A program made the position numbers and the translations under genes. Below the pieces are notes generated by a model, which had not been told where the DNA came from, ran no database searches, and saw nothing but the letters and a program-made list of their open reading frames with translations. Shown piece after piece: positions 37,510 through 43,029 of a DNA stretch of 43,029 nucleotides; position 1 is the first letter of the stretch, and every line of letters begins with the position of its first letter. Source of the stretch: Staphylococcus phage vB_SpsS_QT1; sequence record NC_048192.1; one strand, given 5' to 3'.

Positions 37510-39960
37510 ATGTTAGACAAAGTCACACAACCTAAAAAAATTAAATATGATCGTGATATTCAGTATGCCTTTGCTAGCAGTCGTTTAGCTACGAACTGGA
37601 CTAATCACAATATGGCTTGGTCTGACTTTATGCAAAAGCTTTCTTCAACGGTTCGGACAAAAGAGAGCCTACTCGATTACAACAAAATGTCTAAATCCGA
37701 ACAAGCTAATGTGAAAGACGTTGGTGGGTTCGTTGGGGGCTATCTAAAAGAAGGCAAGCGCAGAGCGGGGCAAGTGATGAACCGCTCCATGCTAACGCTT
37801 GACATTGACTATGCAGCGCAAGATATGGTCGACATGTTATCAATGTTTTACGATTTTGCTTATTGTGTCTATTCAACGCACAAGCATAGAGATGTCAGCC
37901 CTAGATTAAGATTAGTTGTTCCTCTTAAACGCAATGTCAATTCGGACGAATATGAGGCGGTTGGGCGTAAAGTTGCTGATATGGTAGGTATGGACTATTT
38001 TGATGATACGACATACCAGCCTCATCGGCTAATGTACTGGCCATCTACAAGTAATGATGCAGAATTCTTCTTTTCTTATGAGGACTTACCTTTATTAGAT
38101 CCCGATAAAGTTTTAGATGAATATGTAAATTGGACAGATACCCTCGAGTGGCCGACGTCGTCGAGAGAAGAAAGCAAAACAAGACATTTAGCAGACAAGC
38201 AAGGAAACCCAGAAGAAAAACCTGGTATTGTTGGTGCATTTTGTCGCGCGTATTCAATAGAAGAAGCAATTGATACCTTTATACCTGAATTGTATGACCA
38301 CCATAGCAGCAACCGTTACACGTACCATGAAGGCTCAACATCAGGTGGGCTTGTATTATATGAGAATGGCAAATTTGCCTATTCACATCACAATACTGAC
38401 CCCGTGAGTGGGCTATTGGTGAATAGCTTTGACTTAATACGGATTCATTTATATGGTGCGCAAGATGAAGATGTGAAAGCTGATACGCCGATTAACAGAC
38501 TACCAAGTTATAAGGCGATGCAGACCAAAGCTCAAAATGACGAGCGCGTTAAAAAGCAATTGATTAATGACAGGATTTCAAGTGCCGCAGATGATTTTGA
38601 CGAGATTAATACAGGCGATGATGACAGTTGGGACGAAACTCTTGAGATCACTTCAAAAGGCACATTCAAAGCGAGTATACCTAATATAGAAATTATTTTG
38701 CGCAATGATTCTAACTTAAAAGGTAAAATCGCATTTAATGAATTTACCAAACAGATTGAATGTCTAGGTAAAACACCATGGAACAAAGACTTCAAGACAA
38801 GACAATGGCAAGATGGCGATGATAGCGCGTTACGTAGCTACATTGAAAAGATTTATGAGATACACCATTCTGGTAAAACAAAAGATGCCATTATAAGTGT
38901 GGCGCTTCAAAATGCCTATCACCCAGTTAGGGACTATCTTAACAATTTAGAGTGGGACAAAAAGCCAAGATTAGAAACGCTATTCATTAAATATTTAGGC
39001 GTTGAAGATTCAAAAGTTAATCGCACAATTACACGTAAATCATTAACGGCTGGCGTTGCTAGAGTGATGGAACCTGGTTGCAAATTCGACTATATGCTTA
39101 CGTTATATGGCCCTCAAGGCGTCGGTAAATCCGCTATTCTTAAAAAGCTGGGTGGCGGTTGGTTTTCAGATAGTTTAGTTTCGGTGACTGGAAAAGAAGC
39201 GTATGAGGCGTTGCAAGGGGTTTGGATTATGGAAATGGCCGAACTTGCAGCAACACGTAAAGCAGAGGTTGAAGCGATTAAGCACTTCATATCAAAACAA
39301 ATTGACCGCTTCCGTGTCGCGTACGGACATTACATTGAAGATTTTCCACGCCAATGTATTTTTATCGGTACAACAAACAAAGTTGATTTCTTAAGAGATG
39401 AAACGGGAGGTCGTCGTTTTTGGCCTATGACTGTTAATCCTGACAAAGTGGAAGTTAAGTGGTCTAAGTTGACTAAAGACGAAATCAATCAAATTTGGGC
39501 TGAAGCAAAGCACTATTACGAACAAGGTGAAGAACTTTATCTTGATCCTGAACTTGAAGAAGAAATGCGTTCAATACAAAGTAAACATACAGAAGAGTCA
39601 CCGTATTTAGGCATTATCGAGGAGTTTTTAAATACACCTATTCCAAGTAACTGGAATGAAATGTCTATTTCTGAACGACGGGACTTTTATAAGTTTGGTG
39701 ATGACTCAATCAGTGAGCAGAGCAGCAAATTGGTTCAAAGGGATAGAGTGTGTGCTTTAGAAATTTTTATCGAATGCTTTGGAAAAGATAAAGGCGACGG
39801 CAGGGGTTCTATGGAACTTAAAAAAATAACAAATGCTTTAAGACAGTTAAATGATTGGGAAGTTTATGACGGCAATAAAGAAGGCAAACTTAAATTTGGT
39901 AAAGAGTATGGAAAGCAAAAAGCTTATGTTAGGCAGGATCATTTTAATGACTTAATATAA
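37510..39960 (+). CDS. Primase-helicase, VirE / D5-type (N-terminal primase-polymerase-like domain plus SF3-type NTPase)
   Basis: 816 aa; Walker A LYGPQGVGKS; AAAGGGG RBS. Confidence 0.8.
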   Translation: MLDKVTQPKKIKYDRDIQYAFASSRLATNWTNHNMAWSDFMQKLSSTVRTKESLLDYNKMSKSEQANVKDVGGFVGGYLKEGKRRAGQVMNRSMLTLDIDYAAQDMVDMLSMFYDFAYCVYSTHKHRDVSPRLRLVVPLKRNVNSDEYEAVGRKVADMVGMDYFDDTTYQPHRLMYWPSTSNDAEFFFSYEDLPLLDPDKVLDEYVNWTDTLEWPTSSREESKTRHLADKQGNPEEKPGIVGAFCRAYSIEEAIDTFIPELYDHHSSNRYTYHEGSTSGGLVLYENGKFAYSHHNTDPVSGLLVNSFDLIRIHLYGAQDEDVKADTPINRLPSYKAMQTKAQNDERVKKQLINDRISSAADDFDEINTGDDDSWDETLEITSKGTFKASIPNIEIILRNDSNLKGKIAFNEFTKQIECLGKTPWNKDFKTRQWQDGDDSALRSYIEKIYEIHHSGKTKDAIISVALQNAYHPVRDYLNNLEWDKKPRLETLFIKYLGVEDSKVNRTITRKSLTAGVARVMEPGCKFDYMLTLYGPQGVGKSAILKKLGGGWFSDSLVSVTGKEAYEALQGVWIMEMAELAATRKAEVEAIKHFISKQIDRFRVAYGHYIEDFPRQCIFIGTTNKVDFLRDETGGRRFWPMTVNPDKVEVKWSKLTKDEINQIWAEAKHYYEQGEELYLDPELEEEMRSIQSKHTEESPYLGIIEEFLNTPIPSNWNEMSISERRDFYKFGDDSISEQSSKLVQRDRVCALEIFIECFGKDKGDGRGSMELKKITNALRQLNDWEVYDGNKEGKLKFGKEYGKQKAYVRQDHFNDLI

Positions 39961-39980
39961 ATTTTAATGACTTAATATAA
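39941..39980. repeat. Perfect tandem duplication of 20 bp (ATTTTAATGACTTAATATAA x2) spanning the primase stop codon, followed by a partial third copy
   Basis: Read directly. Confidence 0.85.
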
Positions 39981-40009
39981 ATTTAAATGCATAAATATCC
40001 AAAAGATAG

Positions 40010-40299
40010 CGTCCCTTTACTTTAGATTCACCGTGCCTTTTAAATTTAGTAAAGGGACGGTGAGAGTGTAAATTTCTATTGTGTCGTCCCTTGCGTGCCT
40101 TTTGAAAAAACAATAAAGGCACGGTTAAAGGCACGGCACAAATGTAGTCATATCAAAGGTTTGAGTGCTATCGTCCCTTGCGTCCCTTTTATTTTACTAA
40201 ATAGATTAATATTTAATGATAGGGAGTAAGTAGAAGTATAGTTGACCTCTAATAGCGTAATAGTATGAAAAAGTTAAAAATTAAGGCACGCAAGGGACG
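40010..40299. repeat. Iteron-like array: 11 copies of CGTSCCTT(T) in both orientations, including a 17-bp inverted repeat pair (40085-40101 and 40283-40299) bracketing an AT-rich stretch; candidate replication origin
   Basis: Plus-strand copies at 40010, 40032, 40085, 40094, 40172, 40181; minus-strand copies at 40051, 40115, 40127, 40283, 40292. Confidence 0.55.
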
Positions 40300-40337
40300 C
40301 ACATATAAATTATGTATACATTATGCAGGTGGGATAA

Positions 40338-40634
40338 ATGAGAGAATCGAACATTGAAAAGTATTTGGTAAGAGAAGTTAGAAAGAAAAAAGGCTTGTGC
40401 TTGAAGTGGGTTGCACCTGGAACAAAAGGTGTGCCTGATAGAATCGTCATCATGCCAAAAGGAAAAACCTATTATGTTGAGATGAAACAACCAAACGGCC
40501 GAGTAGATCCGTTACAAAAATATATGCACAAGCAATTAGAAGATAGAGGGCATCAAGTATTTACCTTATGGGATAAAAAACAGGTTGATGAGTTTATAGA
40601 AAAGGTAGGTGCAAAAGATGGCAATTCAGTTTAA
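40338..40634 (+). CDS. VRR-NUC domain nuclease
   Basis: 98 aa; GVPDRIVIM...YYVEMKQ fits the PD-(D/E)XK pattern typical of VRR-NUC; precedes SNF2 helicase as usual. Confidence 0.6.
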   Translation: MRESNIEKYLVREVRKKKGLCLKWVAPGTKGVPDRIVIMPKGKTYYVEMKQPNGRVDPLQKYMHKQLEDRGHQVFTLWDKKQVDEFIEKVGAKDGNSV

Positions 40635-41976
40635 GCCACATGTCTACCAAAAGCATTCAATTGATAAAGTAATAGACAATGAGAAGTACGGTCTTTTCTT
40701 AGATATGGGTTTGGGAAAAACGGTATCAACGTTAACAGCATTTAGTGATCTACAATTATTAGATACTGAAAAGATGTTAGTCATAGCACCTTTAAATGTA
40801 GCTAAGGACACGTGGGCGGATGAGATAAATAAGTGGGAGCACTTAAAGCATTTACGTGTATCTAAAGTATTAGGCACACCCAAGCAAAGGCTAGCAGCAC
40901 TTAATAAAGAAGCTGATATCTACGTAACAAATAAAGAAAACACAAAATGGTTATGTGATCAATACAAAAAAGATTGGCCTTTTGACATGGTAGTGATAGA
41001 TGAATTATCAACGTTTAAAAATCCATCAAGTCAAAGGTTTAAAGCAATTAGGAAGAAACTTCCTTTAATGAAAAGGTTTGTTGGTTTAACTGGTACACCT
41101 AGCCCGAACAGCTTACTGGATTTGTGGGCACAGGTCTATTTGATTGATAGAGGTGAAAGGCTAGAAACGTCATTCAGTAGATATCGAGAAAGGTTTTTTA
41201 AACCTACACATCAGATCAGCGATCATGTATTTAATTGGGAACTTAGAGGCGGGTCGGAAGAAAAGATATATGAGCTGATAGAGGACGTATGCTTAAGTAT
41301 GAAAGCCAGTGACTATTTAGATATGCCTGAAAGAATAGATACTGTTCAATCCGTTAACTTATCCAGTAAAGAACGTAAGTTGTATGATGAGCTTGAAAAA
41401 CATTACATCCTAGAATCAGAAGAAGATGGGACAATAGTTGCACAAAGTGGAGCTTCACTAAGTCAAAAGCTTTTACAGTTATCTAACGGTGCCGTTTATA
41501 CAGACGATGAAAGTGTAAGACACTTACACGACCGTAAACTTGATAAGTTGGAAGAAATAATAGAAGAGTCGCAAGGTCAACCGCTTCTTGTATTCTACAA
41601 CTTTAAACATGATAAAGAACGAATAATGGAACGGTTTGATGAAGTTGTCACTTTAGATGACGAAAGCTATAAAGATAGATGGATTGAAGGTAAAGTTAAA
41701 ATATTATTAGCGCATCCTGCAAGCGCAGGGCATGGACTAAACCTACAAAAAGGCGGACATATTATTGTGTGGTTTGGGTTAACTTGGTCTTTAGAATTGT
41801 ATCAGCAAGCCAATGCTAGATTGTACCGACAAGGACAAACACACACAACAATCATACATCACATTATGACAGATAATACAATTGACCAAAAAGTGTATCA
41901 GGCGCTGCAGAATAAAGAGCTTACGCAAGAGGACCTAATGCAGGCTATCAAAGCAAGGATAAAACAGTATGAATAA
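40618..41976 (+). CDS. SNF2-family helicase
   Basis: Start at ATG 40618 (AAGGTAGGTG RBS); Walker A DMGLGKT, DEAH-like VIDELS, motif VI QANARLYRQGQ. Confidence 0.8.
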   Translation: MAIQFKPHVYQKHSIDKVIDNEKYGLFLDMGLGKTVSTLTAFSDLQLLDTEKMLVIAPLNVAKDTWADEINKWEHLKHLRVSKVLGTPKQRLAALNKEADIYVTNKENTKWLCDQYKKDWPFDMVVIDELSTFKNPSSQRFKAIRKKLPLMKRFVGLTGTPSPNSLLDLWAQVYLIDRGERLETSFSRYRERFFKPTHQISDHVFNWELRGGSEEKIYELIEDVCLSMKASDYLDMPERIDTVQSVNLSSKERKLYDELEKHYILESEEDGTIVAQSGASLSQKLLQLSNGAVYTDDESVRHLHDRKLDKLEEIIEESQGQPLLVFYNFKHDKERIMERFDEVVTLDDESYKDRWIEGKVKILLAHPASAGHGLNLQKGGHIIVWFGLTWSLELYQQANARLYRQGQTHTTIIHHIMTDNTIDQKVYQALQNKELTQEDLMQAIKARIKQYE

Positions 41977-41989
41977 TGGAGGGTGTTTG

Positions 41990-42457
41990 ATGTATTCGAA
42001 AGATCAGATTAAAGATATGATATTTAGTTATCATTGGAGAAAGAATGTCCTAGCAGATGAAGGCTATGCATATGACAGTAACAGTGTAGCGCAATACGGT
42101 GTCGATGCAGCAATGCCAAAAGCTAAAGGACAGACCACAGATAAAGTACAAAGATTAGCAACAAACAACTGCGTGCTAAGTAGAATATATGACGAGCACC
42201 TAAAGACAATACAGTTTATCGATACGTATGAGGGACAAATAGACAACGACATGAACTTGAATATATTGATGTTGTTTAAGAAGGGGAAGAAGCCCGTAGA
42301 GATTAGGGAGATTATGAATATCGGTCGTACTAATTTAGATAGTAGAATTAACAGTATTGTCAATGTTTATTATCTTGTGCAGGATAAGCATAATCAACGC
42401 AATCAACACAATCAACACAATCAACACAATCAACACAATCAACACAATCAACACTAA
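41990..42457 (+). CDS. ArpU/RinA-like late-gene transcriptional activator with C-terminal (NQH)n repeat tail
   Basis: Start at ATG 41990 (GGAGGG RBS 6 nt upstream; ORF track uses 41969); PVEIREIMNIGRTNLDSRI resembles a sigma region-4-like HTH; position immediately upstream of the HNH and terS genes. Confidence 0.45.
   Translation: MYSKDQIKDMIFSYHWRKNVLADEGYAYDSNSVAQYGVDAAMPKAKGQTTDKVQRLATNNCVLSRIYDEHLKTIQFIDTYEGQIDNDMNLNILMLFKKGKKPVEIREIMNIGRTNLDSRINSIVNVYYLVQDKHNQRNQHNQHNQHNQHNQHNQH
42393..42446 (+). repeat. In-frame 9-bp tandem repeat, AATCAACGC once then AATCAACAC x5, encoding NQR(NQH)5 at the C-terminus
   Basis: Read directly; the ORF stops immediately after the last unit. Confidence 0.85.
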
Positions 42458-42603
42458 TTTGTAACGTTGTAATGTCTGAGATTATAATAACGTTACGAGT
42501 TCAAAAACATTAAGACAGGGCACATCGCAAATACTATATTATGTTGAAGCACATCGTTAACGCGGTGTGCTTTTTTGTTTGGATTGTTGGAGGTCGGACT
42601 GAA

Positions 42604-42927
42604 ATGAGTAAGTACAGTGATTATATTTATAGGCGGAATGAGAATAGAAAGTTTTATATGCGTGCTAAATGGCGCAAGGTTAGGCATCAAGTGCTTGTAC
42701 GCGATCACTTTGAATGTCTTCACTGCAAAAAAGAAGGAAAGCTTACAATTAATCAGCAACAGTCTCTTGAAGTCGACCACATTTTAGAACTATCGGAACG
42801 TCCAGATTTAGCGTATGACCTGAACAATCTACAAACATTGTGTAAGTATCACCACAATAAAAAGCACGGCAGATTTGAACACAACAAAAAAAGCGGAAAG
42901 AACAAATACCAAGATGAACGATGGTGA
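42604..42927 (+). CDS. HNH endonuclease (packaging-associated)
   Basis: Start at internal ATG 42604 (GGAGG 10 nt upstream); CLHCKKEG...EVDHILELSER...CKYHHNKKHG HNH motif with zinc-ligand pairs; directly upstream of terS across the genome ends. Confidence 0.75.
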   Translation: MSKYSDYIYRRNENRKFYMRAKWRKVRHQVLVRDHFECLHCKKEGKLTINQQQSLEVDHILELSERPDLAYDLNNLQTLCKYHHNKKHGRFEHNKKSGKNKYQDERW

Positions 42928-42944
42928 TAAGAAAAACTTATCAC
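42924..42944. other. Perfect hairpin GTGATAAG-aaaaa-CTTATCAC overlapping the HNH stop codon, near the presumptive cos region
   Basis: Read directly. Confidence 0.5.
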
Positions 42945-43029
42945 TAAAGCTCTAAAATGTTTTGCACATAAGAGGGTTCAATCCCCCCCCGGTCTAAATA
43001 ATCGCTCAACGACAACGTTTGACGGAAAC

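Larger units (their letters stand above)
1..43029. mobile_element. Complete temperate siphovirus genome (Staphylococcus-like, cos-type), linearised near the packaging site; integrase is internal, so this is virion orientation rather than an integrated prophage
   Basis: Full set of modules in canonical order with HNH (42604-42927) at the 3' end and TerS (61-408) at the 5' end; no host genes at either end; low GC and Firmicute-type RBSs throughout. Confidence 0.6.

Noticed and set aside
41969-41989. Upstream ATG 41969 as the start of the late activator (ORF-track start)
   Set aside because: It overlaps the SNF2 stop and has no SD. ATG 41990 has GGAGGG 6 nt upstream and is preferred. Either choice leaves the functional call unchanged.
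42393-42446. Tandem repeat that could be mistaken for a CRISPR array or noncoding satellite
   Set aside because: Units are 9 bp with no spacers and lie in-frame inside a coding sequence, so it is a coding microsatellite. No CRISPR-like repeat-spacer array exists anywhere in the window.
42983-42990. C8 homopolymer as a phase-variation switch
   Set aside because: It is intergenic and sits between a stop-codon hairpin and the packaging start. Slippage there would not change any reading frame. It is more plausibly part of the cos/TerS recognition region, so it is noted only within the cos finding.

Overview
The window reads as a complete, circularly closed genome of a temperate Staphylococcus-type siphovirus of about 43 kb, written in virion orientation starting at the packaging end. 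It is not a prophage embedded in host DNA. Gene order runs P27-family TerS, TerL, portal, ClpP-like prohead protease, HK97-fold capsid, head-tail joining genes, major tail protein and G/GT chaperones with a programmed -1 frameshift. It continues with a 2031-aa tape measure carrying M23 peptidase and lytic transglycosylase domains, Dit, a 1419-aa tail-tip protein, an XhlA-like protein, holin and a CHAP-amidase_2-SH3b endolysin. Two moron cassettes follow, then attP with arm-type repeats and a tyrosine integrase on the minus strand. A lysogeny switch comes next, with a short HTH repressor, an ImmA-like protein, cro and TATAACTTTT operator boxes. The replication and early region holds a Cas4-like nuclease, a DUF2815-like protein, family-A DNA polymerase, YopX, dUTPase, two methyltransferase-like genes, a VirE-type primase-helicase, an iteron array, VRR-NUC and an SNF2 helicase. 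The genome ends with an ArpU/RinA-like late activator carrying an (NQH)n repeat tail, and an HNH endonuclease next to the presumptive cos site. No tRNA, rRNA or CRISPR array is evident. The most unusual parts are the two accessory cassettes between the endolysin and attP (23.2-24.5 kb), the iteron-like array downstream of the primase gene, and the in-frame 9-bp tandem repeat in the late regulator. Family names are inferred from motifs read by eye, with no database search.
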